The translations under genes were made by a program, and so were the position numbers. From Chrysomallon squamiferum (taxonomy: Eukaryota > Animalia > Mollusca), in NCBI GenBank assembly GCA_012295275.1, contig CM022668.1, positions 11,346,001 to 11,410,000 of the forward strand: a stretch of 64,000 nucleotides of DNA. The letters are read 5' to 3'. The notes under the pieces were generated by a model. The model made no database searches and was not told the origin of the DNA. It saw nothing but the letters and a program-made list of their open reading frames with translations. Every line of letters begins with the position of its first letter. Positions within the stretch are counted from its first letter, which is position 1. Positions 1 through 15,000 of the stretch are shown here, piece by piece.

Positions 1-144
1 ACAAAAACCCGGTTTACCGAGCATTTGTTTTTATGACGTTATGACACTAGCCTGGTATACCAGCATACGATATAGGGTTAAGAGCCTAACCCGCGAATAT
101 GCGGGGCCGCGAATGTGGAACCGCGAATAGGTGAGGGTATACTG
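1..144. mobile_element. End of a Tc1/mariner-superfamily (pogo/Tigger-like) element or MITE
   Basis: Ends GAGGGTATACTG followed by TA (reverse complement TA-CAGTATACCCTC), three subterminal CCGCGAAT repeats; other end not in window. Confidence 0.5.
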
Positions 145-499
145 TATTTGCCAATAATTGATATCTCCAGACCCAACAAACTAGCAGAGCCCTTTTTCAT
201 TTATTATAACCAAAATTATATTCTTTTATTTTGATGGGAAACTTCATTTTAATTAAAAAGAATGTATATATAAATATATATGTGTGTGTGTGTGTGTGTG
301 TTAATACAGTTTCAATATATCTACTTAAGTTTATAAGTGCTTTACTTCTCATTCTGAAATAAGTAACATTCATTACTGTAAGAATATAAAAAAAAAAAAA
401 AATTTTTTTTTTTTTTTTTTTTTAATAAATGAAATAAAGTAAGGTTTAGTTAAGTATGTAGTAACCACATGATTGTTGTATGCACTCTGTAATTAGTAT

Positions 500-627
500 G
501 AGAAAACCATCTTCGCAGCCACCAACACATTCTCTCTTCACATGATCGTACGTAGAGGATCGTTTTAAACAGTGTTTTTTATTACATTGCCTAGAGCCGG
601 CTTTTCCATACGTCGTGTTAGATCATG
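500..627 (-). pseudogene. Decayed class C EGF exon
   Basis: CAG acceptor then A*SNTTYGKAGSRQCNKKHCLKRSSTYDHVKRECVGGCEDGF: stop at first Cys, two more Cys lost, no donor. Confidence 0.85.
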
Positions 628-1208
628 CTGTGGTTATTATTTAAAGATAAATATAAATAAAAATATACAATGCAAAAAAAAAAAAAAATGAATACAAAAA
701 GCAGCTAAAAAAGAAAAATATGATTAGATGTTTGGTATCATTTCTTATTCTTTTCCAGTGATAAAGAAACATTTGTCACAATGACAATTTTGTATTTGCT
801 AAATGAACATTAAAACTATTTTCCAAAATAGATAGAAATCAAGTACAATCTAAAATAAAACAAAACAAAATAAAAACAAAAAGAAGCAGATACAGAAAAT
901 ATGATTAGTTGTTTTGTGTTACTTCGTATTCCTTTCTAATCATAAAGAAGCATTTCTTCTAACATTTCAAAGATGCCTTGAATCATTCTGTTTAATACCC
1001 GAATTAAACATATTCTATGGTTCACAAACATTCCATGGTAAGATGCCATGTACAGTCAATTTTTTAATAACCATCCGTGCATCCACCAATGCAAATAATA
1101 TAAAAATATTTTCTAAATTACACGACATCAAGGTTCTCTCTTTTACTATGATTTCGTTAAATAATGATGTTGAACTATTAGTTCTCTATAAGAATTATAA
1201 AAAAAAAA

Positions 1209-1217
<9 letters not shown>

Positions 1218-1285
<68 letters not shown>
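1218..1285. repeat. (AG)n microsatellite after a poly-A run
   Basis: Directly visible. Confidence 0.95.
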
Positions 1286-1290
<5 letters not shown>

Positions 1291-4200
1291 AATGCCGATG
1301 AATTAACGCATCGGTCCAAAAAAAAAAAAAAAAAAAAAATACGTATGTATGTCTCTGTTAAGTAGAGTGGGTGCTCAAATCTTCAGTTCTACTGGGGTTT
1401 TTTAAAAGACGAAATATTCCTCTTTCCGTTGTAATTTTGGAAAGAGGTCTCTTGTCAAGGTTATCTACCTCGTTCGTATTGTAACACTTTTTACAGCGGA
1501 CAGACAAAATGATGCTAAGGTATTAAAATTCTGCTTTGATAAAAGTTTTTTTTTATAAAAGCAAACTAACAGGGAAATCACAATGAACGTAAAACGTAGT
1601 CTAAGAATGATGCTCGTGCAACACGTTCGGAGAAATGTAACAAGATTGCCGTTACCCCCAAGGCCTTTCCGACTCAGATTAAATTTTTTAAGATAATATT
1701 TGTGCAATAAACACAAAGATAGGACTTAAAATTTTCTATTCGTGCTGTTTGTATTCGAACCTCAAATAGAGAATTAATCAACAGTTCAAAAGTCAGTATA
1801 AATAGATCAAAACAGTATGGTGGATCAACCACAAAGGCGCTTTTGATAACCTATAATTAGAATTCGTAAGTCTGTCATTGGAAAATGCATGAGGACAAAC
1901 CATTGAGCACAGTCTTTAGATTTTTCAGATAAATTAATTAGCCGCCTAGTAAGGGCGAGTTTAATGTGAAATAGAAAAAAACAAAGTCACACCTTGTCAA
2001 GCTGAAATAGTCAAATTCTGCGGTTTTCACTGACCTCAGCAGAAACATAATAAATACGGGCAACAGAGAAAACTCGTGGCTTCAACAAAACATGCTTTGA
2101 CGAGACAATCGGGTGCGTGCATGATCATCAGTTCCCTTTCATCAACACGGATGTCACGGGAGAAAAGCACTGAAACTTTTGTGTTGGCCGTGATAAGAGA
2201 TTCGTTGCGGGATTTGGTAAGACACTTTTCTCATTTGTTTTGGTGTGTTACTTATTCAGTATAATCTGTGTCATTAACATAATTATCTTGTTTTCCCGTA
2301 ACTGATTCCGTTGTTAAATAGGTTTCCTTACTGACCGTAGGTAATTCGATTGTCTTTCTTTTCTTTTGTGTAATTAAGAATTGGTTTGTGAAATACTTAA
2401 GAAATACGTTTAGCTATAATATGTGTTTAAGTGTTATTTATCATGGTAATAGATTACGGTATAAATCTAAAATTATTAATCCCTATAATAGTGCTTCTAA
2501 ACGCCTCCCTAGATGGAGATAATTAGCATAACAATATGTAATTATTTGAATACATTAACGTCAAGGAATAAAGAATTACATCCAACGTCTTACTGCTTTC
2601 ATTATAATTTTAGAAATGATACCCAGCTACGTATGCCAAGAAAAATAGTCATAGCAAAAAAAAATACATTAACAGTGAATGCACCAAATACATAGTGGTA
2701 AAAGTGGAAACATTTAACAGTAAATGAGTAAGTAAATAACACCAGTTATCCGTGCTAGATATTCACCAAACCTAACCATTGACAGAGCCAGTCCTGGGAA
2801 CTATAAAGTGAACCCCTGATATTCCAAAATCATCAACAATGATTCTAGTTTTCTAGGCCAAAATTCAGCAGACTGATGGCCTAATTTTTCAAAGGCTAGC
2901 TGTTATGTAATAATTTACTGATAAACCGACTTTTGTGTTGTTTCCCTTCTGCATGGAAAGAGCAGTAAGATATTACAAAGCATCTGTAAAAAAAAAAAAA
3001 AAAAAAAAAAAAAACCATAAGAAACCACAACAACAATCAAACTTAAAGTGAAGCCTATAATTGTTGGGATGTTGGAAGAAGCATTTCTTTAATCCGATTT
3101 AAAGAAACTTCAGTTTTGACTAGACATATTTACGCTAGAGTCAAAAGGAGCGAAAACACCAAATTACTTCATAACAGGAATCCAGACTTCCAAACAAAAA
3201 AATGTACCCTAGATATTGTGCCAGCGATAGCTGTAAATGGTTTAAAACAATTGAATTCGGCAGTGAGAAATTAACAAGAAACCTGCAATGCTGAACGACG
3301 CTCTATATTGTGCATGCATATCACAATCTTCTTACAGCTTAATACAGCTTATTCGGAAGAAAATGTAGGGAAGTTCTGAACATTAATATTGGCTCAGTTA
3401 CCTGTTATAAATACGGAAATCAATCCAAGTAAAATATCGCACAACTTAATACCAAAGACAAAGACGTATCCAGAAGTCAGATATGCGTCTAATCTTGTGC
3501 CGTACCATGTCTTATCAGTAATCAGCAATAAAAATAAAACAAATAGCTATATCAGAAACAACATGTCAACTGTACAGCAACTACAAACCAGACAGGACCG
3601 TCATATACTGTTAACTCAATGGAAAGGCTACAAAGAATACAGCATTGCCTACATTGACAACATGAATGCTCTTTAAAACAAGATCACCCCATGGTCTGAG
3701 AGAATCTGATGTCGGGTTCAAACCATATTCATTTAATTTAAAAGACATCAACTCTGGTTCAAATTAAGGTAGGTCGGATTAAATACAAAAGCTTTATTAT
3801 CACAGGGACATCCACTATTTCTCCCAGCAAACGATTAATCGAAGACTGCAAATTAGATCCCACATTATCAAAATCATTGCAAAATCTTTCCTGTCTTTTC
3901 TTCTTAACATAATTCTCTCATTTTTGGAAATACACTTTGCTTTTGGCAGTCTCTACTATCAGGAAGGGCACATTTCTGCCTCTATAGGTGAGACCAACGT
4001 AGACCAATGTGGGATTATAAAAACATTAACCATAACTCCACTATTACAAGCACTGCACAAATAACTATTCTAAAAACATTAGATTTGTACGGTACAAACT
4101 AGTTGCTTTACACACACTCACACACGCAATGGAAAAACAAAGAAACAAAGAAAGAAAAAAAAAAAAAAAAAAGAAATGTAACCACTTCAAATAAAATTTA

Positions 4201-4676
4201 AATGCTACGAAATTACTCATCCACCTGCAGTAAAGAAGAATAAAAGCAACAGCATCAGCGATTCATGCACCATACTAAGACATGCACCAACTTCTACAGA
4301 AACTCAGTTTCATATTAACTCTGTCATCACCAGATAACAGACCACAATCACATGATATTTATTACAATCTTATTCTATCCGACCCTCCTAATGCGTATCA
4401 ATATAAATCGCATAGTGTGTTTTTAGCAGTAGTAATGTATATGTATTAATAAAAGCTGATAAAAAAAAAAAGGTATCCATACTAATAGTCGACAAACACA
4501 AACCCACAGCCTTTATCAAGATATGAGGAGGAAGAATGACACAGATGAACCCAGTTTAATTAATCCGGTTAGCATAATACTGTCAGGCCAATAAAATTTA
4601 AAATAGTGAAAAGACGGGCGAGTCCCTCTTGACCGTCTTCTAAACATGTTACCGAGTAGTATTCTGCCAAACCTAC

Positions 4677-4823
4677 CTAACTTGCAGTCTCGGCCTTCAT
4701 GACCATGTGCACAACCACCGATACATTTTCCGTACACACTGTCGCATGGAGAGTCTGGGTCGAAACATTGCCTTTTACTGCATGGCATAGAACAGTTTGC
4801 CCCGTATGTACCATTCAAACATT
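4677..4823 (-). CDS. EGF exon class A (diverged)
   Basis: 147 bp, CAG/GTAGGT, ECLNGTYGANC...RDCKL. Confidence 0.85.
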
Positions 4824-6017
4824 CTGTGATAACATATATGCAACTTAAAGAAGATATTGTAAATTTGCAATCGAAAATATTTAATAAATACTCATCCTGA
4901 TTAGTTGTCGATTTATTCAATCTTTTATGGGACATTCTGAAAATTTCTCGACTAATTATTACATCGAAAGAAATTATATATCAAGAAATATTAGCGATGA
5001 ACTTTCTCGATGTCTGAGTATTCCTAAATCATATGTTAGGTGCCAAACAATAGCAAAAATCTATTCACCTCGTCATTAATGTACAGACCTTTTCTGTTAG
5101 AAATCCAGGAAACCTACCTTTCGAACTGTAAATCTTTACATAAAACATCTGAATATACTATCTTCGGAAAACGGCAATTTCCCAGACTAGGTGAATATGA
5201 AGGCTATTTGTAGAACTGGCGCTCAAACGCACAACTAACATGTGAAGCACAGCTCCAAAAGGAAGCAATCTGCAGATAATCTACAACTCTCACCTTTTAA
5301 TGCATCCACATTGCGAATCCCACCTATCGTACAATCAATGGCTTTATAACCATCTTCACAACCACCAACACATTCTCCTTTCACTATATCACACGCAGAG
5401 TCTTTGTTTAAGCAATGCCTTTCACTGCATTGTTTAGAACAAGCTTTTCCATAGGTCTTGAGACATGCTATGAATTGAAAAATAATCATTACAGAAAGTG
5501 TGATTTAGATGCATTTTTGAAACGATGTATCTGTACTGTCAAACTACTAAGTCTCAAAATGACATGAAAATTAATTCCGTGTGTGAGACGAAATTCTCCT
5601 TTTTGATTTTAAAATAAAAACATTTAAAAATCTATTGTCTGACAAGGCTGCTGTATTCTGTTTGATCAAATGCTGAATTAACATACAGAATAAAGCAGGT
5701 ATTGATGACACGTCCACATAAACAAAGATACCGCCTTAGATACACATGGGACTGAATTTTAAAAAGGGAAGGGATCTAAAGATAATCTACACCTTTCTTC
5801 AATTTATAGGACTACAGAAAACTTACGTTTCGTACAATCAATTTCTAAATAACCATCACCACAACCACCAACACATTCTCCTTTTACGTTATCACACGGA
5901 GAGGATCGTTTTAAACAGTGTCTTTCATTACACTGCTTAGAGCAGGCTTTTCCATACGTCGTGTTAGAACATGCTGTGGTTACTAATTTAAAATAAAATA
6001 AAATAAAGAAGTAACTA

Positions 6018-6052
<35 letters not shown>

Positions 6053-7464
6053 CAACAACAAAAAAAAAAAAACAGATAAAGAAAAATATAAGTATTTGTT
6101 TTATGTAATCACAGATTTCGGTCTAATAACAAAAAATATATTTCCTATAACATGCATATAACTTGAGATTCTAAACCAAATTTATCTTTGGTAAGTGAAA
6201 AATAACAAATTTCGGAAACCCTGGTGAACGTTTCATATCAAATGCATTTAGATCAAAGGCCACAGAGAAAATATTTAATATCAAGAATGGAAGATTACTG
6301 AAATCACCATTAAATATTTAACCATTCTCTGGATAATCTGAATTCGTATAAAATAACTAGGCACTTAGGAAGAAGCCACATGCATTTTGTACAGTCAGTA
6401 TCTAAATGACCATCTGTACAACAACCGACACACCATCCTTTTACGTTGTCATACGGAGATGATGTATTTAAACAGTGTCTTTTACTGCATTGCTTAGAAC
6501 ACTTATGACCATAGCTCGACTTGGAACATACTAGTGATACAATAAACTGTTTTAAATAGCTGATATTTATTGTTTCTCTCTTTGCATACCGATTAATATT
6601 TCACTATAAAATTAATCTAGAATATAATTTTAAATTTCCCGATTATATATATATAAACGCTCAGCTAACATGCAGACACAAACGTGTGAGGCATAGTTAA
6701 AAAATAAAGCAATCTGCAGATAACCTACAACTCTCACCTTCTAATCGATCCACACTGCGTATGGTAGGTATCGTACAATCAATGGCTTTATAACCATCTT
6801 CACAACCACCAATGCATTTTCCATTCACTATATCACATGCAGAGTCTTTGTCTAAACAATGCCTGGCACTGCATTGTTTAGAACAACCTTTTCCATAGGT
6901 CTTCCAACATGCTATGAATTCAAAAATAATCTTTAATGAAAGTGTCATTTAGATGCCTTTTCTGAAACGATTGATCTGTACTGTCAAACTTCTAAGGCTC
7001 ATAATAACATGAAAATTAATTGCGACAAATTTCTTCTTTCTGATTTAAACAATAAAATTATTTAAATAAGTATCGTCTGACAAGGCTGCTGTATTCTGTT
7101 TGATCAAATGCTGAATTAACATACAGAATAAAGCAAGTATTAATGACACGTCCACATAAACAAAGATACCGCCTTAGATAAACATGGGACTGAATTTTAA
7201 AAAACGGAAGGGATCTAAAGATAGTCTACACCTTTCTTCAATCTATAAAGCTACAGTAAACTTACGTTTCGTACAGTCAATTTCTAAATAACCATCATCG
7301 CAACCACCGACACACTCTCCTTTTACATTATCGCACGGGGAGGATCGTTTTAAACAATGTCTTTCATTACATAGCTTAGAGCACGCTTTTCCATACGTCG
7401 TGTTAGAACATGCTGTTGTTATTAATTTAAAATAAAATAAACAAAAATGAACTGATTAAATAAC

Positions 7465-7499
<35 letters not shown>

Positions 7500-8060
7500 T
7501 ACTGATTATTTGTCTTATGTAATCACACATTACTGTCTAATAACAAGAAAGATATTTCTCATAACATGCATCTAATTTGAGACTATAGAATAAACTATTC
7601 TTTGCTAATTGGAAAATAACAAATTTCGGAAACCTTGGTGAATGCTTCATATCAAATGCATTTGAATCAACAGCCACGCAGAAAATATTTAATATCCAGG
7701 ATGGAAAATTACTGTCATCATCATTACATTTTAAATTATTCTATGGTTGATCTGATTCCTATAAATTAACTTGGCACTTAGGAAGAAGCCACATTTCTTT
7801 TGGAGTCAATTTCTAAATAACCATCTGCACAACCACCGATACACTCTCCCTTTACGTTGTCACACGGAGATGATGTGTTAAAACAGTGTATTTTACTGCA
7901 TTGCTTAAAGTATCTTTGACCATAGCTCGACATGAAATATACTGTTGATACCATAAACTTGTTTTTTTTTAAATCTGATGTTTATTGTTTCTCTCTTTGC
8001 ATATCGACTAATATTTCACTTTACACTGAATCTCGAAAACAATTTAAAATGTTCCGATCA

Positions 8061-8101
<41 letters not shown>

Positions 8102-11100
8102 TCTTTCCTTTTTTTAAACCTTTTTCTTCTTTCATGATTTCTTCTCGTTATTGCTTATTGGGTATCAGTATTTTTTCGTACCATTCTTTTATACTTTCAG
8201 TTGACCAATATATAGTTTCTAAATAACTATTTATGAAGAATGATAATTGTTTTATGTATGCCTTTGTTTCGTTCGTAGAAGTATACAATAGCATTGGAGA
8301 AAAGCTGACCACAAAGGTACACAGTGAACTACTCGGGAGAAAATACAATTTCAATACCGTAAATAGATTTGTGAAGACTACGGGAAAGGAACAGTCAAAG
8401 TCACTTTAATTTAAAAATTATGATTCGTACGTTTCCAGAGCAACACATTTTAACAACTGAAGAGACAGGAATGCCTCCTATCGGTCTTCTATATACGGTA
8501 GTCAGTAGTTTTGTGGTGAACCTACCTAAAATACAATCTTGGCCTTGATAACCAGGTGCACAACCACCGATGCATTTTCCATACACGTTATCACACGGAG
8601 ACGACGTGTTTAAACAGTGTCTTTTACTGCATGGCTTGGAACAGTTTATCCCGTATGTCCCTTTCAAACATTCTGTGGATATTATATATGCAACTTAAAC
8701 AAAATATGGTATATATTCAGTCAAAAATATTTAATAAATACTCATGCTGATCGGTTGTGGCTTTATTAAGCATCTTATTAGAATTTTTTAGATTAATTTC
8801 TAGGTTAGTCAATGCCTGGAAAGAAATTATGTCACGAAACTTACGTTTCGTACAGTCAATTTCTAAATAACCATCATCACAACCACCGATACATTCTCCT
8901 TTTACGTTATCGCACGGAGAAGATCGTTTTAAACAGTGTCTTTCATTACACTGCTTAGAGCAGGCTTTTCCATAGGTCGTGTTAGAACATGCTGTGGTTA
9001 TTGATATCAAATAAAATTTAGAAAGAAGTAATCAAATAATAATAATAATAAAACAGATAAAGAAAAAAATTAGATTTTTCTTTTTTATATTATTACACAT
9101 TTCTGTCTAAGAACAAGAAATATATTTCTTATAAAACTGATATAGTTTGAGACTAGAACAAGTTTCTCTTTGGTAACTGTTGAATAACAACTTTCGGAAA
9201 CCCTTTTTTTAATAAATATTTCATATCAAATGCATTTTGAGAAACGGCCACGCAGAAAATATTTAATATCACGAGTTGAAGATTACTAAAATCATCATTA
9301 AATATATAACTATTTTGTGGAAGATCTGTATTCCTATGAAATAACTAGGCACTTAGGAACAAGCCACGTACCTTTAGAACAGTCAGTTTGTAAATACCCA
9401 TCTGTGCAACCACTGACACACTCTCCCTTTACGTTGTCACACGGAGATGATGTATTTAAACAGTGTCTTTTACTGCATTGCTTAGAACAGTTTTGACCAT
9501 AGGTCGACTTGGAACATACTAGTGATCTAATAGACTTTAAAAAAATCTGATCTTTTTTCTTCGTTTTTGTTTTCTCTTTGGATATCGATTAATATTTCAC
9601 TATAAAATTAACTTTAATCTCGAAAACAATGTTTTATTTCTGAATTATATATATATGTATGTATGTATGTATGTATATATATGTATATATACATTTATTT
9701 ATTTTTTCTTTTAATGATATCTTATTATTATTGCTTATTGGGTATCGTAGGATTTTTTGATGAGTAGTGGGAAAGACACACCCACTTTAATTTAGCAGTC
9801 ATCATTCATACAATGTTGCCACTACAACATATGATGACAACTGAAGAGAGAGTAGAATCCATCCTCACCGTCTTCGATATAGTTTGGTGATGAACCTACC
9901 TAAAATACAATCTTGGCCTTGATAACCAGGGGCACAACCACCGACACATTTTCCGTATACACTGTCACAGGGAGATGTTGTGTTTAAACAGTGTTTTTTA
10001 CTGCATGGCTTAGAACAGTTTGTCCCGTGTGTCCCTTTCAAACATTCTGTAGATGAAAACATACAACTTAAAGAAAATGTCATGCATTTTCAATGAAAAA
10101 AACATTTTAATACACAGATATGTGATTGATCGTGGCTTTATTAAGTCTAAAAATGTATGCAGTAATTGATGACTGAAAGAAATTACATCACGAAAATGAT
10201 TACCCTTTCAAAACTGTCATTTATGTCATCATATATTATGAAAGTCATCGGAAATTTCTGTTATCAAAATTTATTATGACATAAACAGTCGACGGTAGCG
10301 ACACTAGTAAAGTGGTTCATCGTCGAGTCGATCTACATATGAGGCCAAACGAAGCAATTCCTGATTTTCAATAGTGTTTACCAACAGAAATAACAAAGCA
10401 GCGACATACGCTTTTCTGTATCTCGCTCCTGCAGTTAAACGGTGCCTTATTATCACGAAACATTAGCATTGAACACAGTACAAAAATCTACTAACAGTGT
10501 CATTAAGATACAGCCCTTTTCCACTACGCCTACAGGAAACCTACCTTTCGAACAATCACTCGTTAACATAAAACAATTCACTATACTATCATCCAAAAAC
10601 ACGAAATTCAAGGATTAGCTTCATATGAACTCTGTTTCAATACTTCGCGCTCAAATAGAAAACATGCAGACATATACATGTCAAGAATAATTTAAAAAAG
10701 GAAGCAATCTGCAGATAATCTACAACTCTCACCTTCCAATCCATCTACTTTGATTATGGTAGGCATCGTACAATCAATGGCTTTATAACCATCTTCACAA
10801 CCACCAATGCATTCTCCATTCACTATATCACATGCAGAGTCTTTCCTTAAGCAATGCCTTGCACTGCACGGTTTAGAACAACCTTTTCCATAGGTCTTCC
10901 AACATGCTATGAATTCAAAAATAATATTTAAACAAAGTGTCATTTAGATGTCATTTTTGAAACGATTTATTTGTATTATCAAACTACTAATACTTATAAT
11001 AACATGAAATTAATTCCGTGTTAGGGACACGTTTCTCATTTAAACAATATAAACATTTAACAAAGTATATTTTCTGACAAGTCCGCTGTATTCTGTTTTA

Positions 11101-11456
11101 TCCAATGTTCAATTACCATAAAGCATAAAGAAGATAGTAATGATACGATCACATAAACAAAGATACCGTCTTAGATACACATCGGAAGCAATTTGAAAAA
11201 GGGAAGAGACCAACAGATGATCTACACTTGTCTTCAATTTATACAACTACAGAAAACTTACGTTTCGTACAGTCAATTTCTAAATAACCATCATCACAAC
11301 CACCGACACACTCTCCTTTTACATTATCGCACGGGGAGGATCGTTTCAAACAGTGTCTTTCATTACATAGCTTAGAGCACGCTTTTCCATAGGTTATGTT
11401 AGAACATGCTGTGATTATTAATTTAAAAAAAAAAAAAAGTATGTCTATAAGATGGC

Positions 11457-11521
<65 letters not shown>

Positions 11522-12047
11522 TAATAATTATAACTATAAAACAGATCAGGTGTTTTATTTTATCTTTTATCTCTTCATCACAATAAAAAGAAATAGAAAA
11601 GAAAGAAAGAAGAAAAAGACATTTCTCATAACATGGGTATAATTTGTGACTCTAAGGCAGTTTTTTCTTTGATAACTGAATAACTACTTCCAGAGACTGT
11701 GGTGAATCTTTCATATCAAACATATTTACATAAAGGTGAAGCAGAAAATGTTTAATGTGAATAATGCAAGATTCCTTAAATAGATAATCATTCTGTGTTG
11801 ACCTGTATTCCCATAAAGTAATTAGGCACTTAGGAAGAAACCACATACCTTTTGTACAGTCAATTTCTAAATAACCATCATCACAACCACCGACACATTC
11901 TCCTTTTACATTATCGCACGGGGAGGATCGTTTTAAACAATGTCTTTCATTACATAGCTTAGAGCACGCTTTTCCATAGGTTATATTAGAACAGGCTGTG
12001 ATTATTAGTTTAAAAAAAAGCAATAAGTATATCTATCAGATGACAAA

Positions 12048-12081
<34 letters not shown>

Positions 12082-15000
12082 TACTACTACTACTACTACT
12101 ACTACTACTAATAATAATAATAATAAGAATAACAACAATAGGAACAATAATAACAATAATAATTATAATTATGAAGCAGATCATTTGTTTTATTTTATCC
12201 TCTATCGCTTCCTCACAATAAAAAGAAAGTTAAAGTAAAGAAAGAGAAAAAAGACATTTCTCATAACAGGGGTCTAATATGAGACTCTACGGCAGTTTTG
12301 TCTTTGAATAACTACTTTCGGAAACTGTGGTGAATCGTTCATATCAAACGTATTTACATATAGGCCACTCAGAAAATATTTAATGTAAATAATGCAAGAT
12401 TCCCGAAATCACCATTAAATAGATAATCATTCTGTGTTGACCTGTATTCCCATAAAGTAACTAGGCACTTAGGAAGAAACCACATACCTTTTGTACAGTC
12501 AATTTCTAAATAACCATCTGTACAACCACCGACACACTCTCCCTTTACGTTGTCACACGGAGATGATGTGTTAAAACAGTGTCTTTTACTGCATTGTTTA
12601 GAACACCTTTGACCATAGGTCGACTTGGAACATACTGTTGATATAATACATTTAAACAATAGAAATATGATTTTTTTAACTTTATGTCTTTGTGTACCGA
12701 TTTATATTTAACTATAGAATCCACATTAATCTTCTACTTCCAGATTTGTTTTTACATATTATTAATGATGTTTACTTATTTATAATAAACTATGTATGTC
12801 AGCATTTTTTCATGCCTTTCTTTTCTCCTTTATGCTGTCCAACATATAGTTTCAGAAAGAATATTCATTAAGAACCATAACTTATTATTAACAATTGGCA
12901 TTTATGTCTTTCTTTGAAGTAAAAGTATGATCAGAAAAGTATTCATTCAAACACTCGTCACACATAAACATTTCCACGAGAGATCTGGGAATATGGATAA
13001 CAAATGAGGCAACACACAGTTGAACACAGTTTACATTAACAATTATGATTCGTACAGTGTTGCCAGTGCAACACATTTTAACCACTGAAGAGAGAATGGA
13101 ATCACTCTTGCCTGTCTTCTACATATGCTAGTTAATATTCCTCTGGCACACCTACCTGAAATGCAATCTTGGCCTTCATAACCAGGGGCACAACCACCGA
13201 TGCATTTTCCGTACACATTGTCACAGGGAGACGTTCTGTCTAAACAGTGTCTTTTACTGCATGGCTTGGAACAGTTTGTCCCGTATGTCCCTTTCGAACA
13301 TTCTGTCGATACATATATGCAACTTAAAGAAGATACGGTAAATTTTCAATCAAAAATATTTAATAAATACTCATGCTGATTGGTTGTGGTTTTATTATGC
13401 ATCGAGTTGGACATTCTCAAAATGTCTGCATTAATCAATACCTTGAAAAATTTATATCACGAATTTAATTACACCTTCAAAACCTTCGTTTATGTTATCA
13501 CAGATTATGAACGTCTTATTGAAAGATATATGAAATACCCGACAATGAAATCATCAAACAACAACACTTTCGCGCACTAGGTTAATATGTAGGCTATTTG
13601 AACGATTGGGGCTCAAAGGCACATCTAACAAGCAAGAAATGCATGCATGTGAAGCATCGTTCAAAAAAAGGAAGCAATCTGCAGATAACCTACAACTCTC
13701 ACCTTCCGTTGAATCCACTTTGCTTATGGTAGGTATCGTACAATCAATGGCTTTATAACCATCTTCACAACCACCAATGCATTCTCCATTCACTATATCA
13801 CATGCAGAGTCTTTCTTTAAACAATGCCTTGCACTGCACTGTTTAGAACAACCTTTTCCATAGGTCTTCCAACATGCTATGAATTCAAAAATAATAGTTA
13901 AACAAAGTGTCATTTAGATGCCATTTTTGAAACGATTTATTTGTATTATCAAACTTCTAATACTCATAATAACATGAACATTAATTCCGTCTGAGGGACA
14001 CGTTTCTCATTTAAACAATATAAACATTTAACAAAGTATATTTTCTGACAAGTCCGCTGTATTCTGTTTTATCCAGTGTTCAATTACCATAAAGCATAAA
14101 GAAGATAGTAATGATACGATCACATAAACAAAGATACCGTCTTAGATACACATGGGAAGCAATTTGAAAAAGGGAAGAGACCAACAGATAATCTACACTT
14201 GTCTTCAATTTATACAACTACAGAAAACTTACGTTTCGTACAGTCAATTTCTAAATAACCATCATCACAACCACCGACACACTCTCCTTTTACATTATCG
14301 CACGGGGAGGATCGTTTCAAACAGTGTCTTTCATTACATAGCTTAGAGCACGCTTTTCCATAGGTTATGTTAGAACATGCTGTGATTATTAATTTAAAAA
14401 AAAAAAATAAGTATGTCTATAAGATGGCAATAATAATAATAATAATAGAAATAATGATAACAATAATAATTATAATTATAAAACAGATCAGGTGTTTTAT
14501 TTTATCTTTTATCTCTTCATCACAATAAAAAGAAATAGAAAAGAAAGAAAGAAGAAAAAGACATTTCTCATCACATGGGTATAATTTGTGACTCTAAGGC
14601 ATTTTTTTCTTTGATAACTGAATAACTACTTCCAGAGACTGTGGTGAATCTTCCATATCAAACATATTTACATAAAGGTGAAGCAGAAAATGTTTAATGT
14701 GAATAATGCAAGATTCCTGAAATCACCATTAAATAGATAATCATTCTGTGTTGACCTGTATTCCCATAAAGTAACTAGGCACTTAGGAAGAAACCACATA
14801 CCTTTTGTACAGTCAATTTCTAAATAACCATCTGTACAACCACCGACACACTCTCCCTTTACGTTGTCACACGGAGATGATGTGTTAAAACAGTGTCTTT
14901 TACTGCATTGTTTAGAACACCTTTGACCATAGGTCGACTTGGAACATACTGTTGATATAATACATTTAAACAATAGAAATATGATTTTTTTTAACTTTAT

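Noticed and set aside
1-9. ACAAAAACC matches the V(D)J RSS nonamer, suggesting somatic cassette recombination
   Set aside because: Single occurrence inside a transposon end; I saw no recurring heptamer-spacer-nonamer flanking the exons
914-1306. 130-aa ORF ending in poly-K and (ER)n
   Set aside because: Length is inflated by poly-A and (AG)n microsatellite; no recognisable domain
1330-2250. Slightly GC-richer non-array segment, possibly a mobile element
   Set aside because: No terminal repeats or recognisable coding motif found by eye
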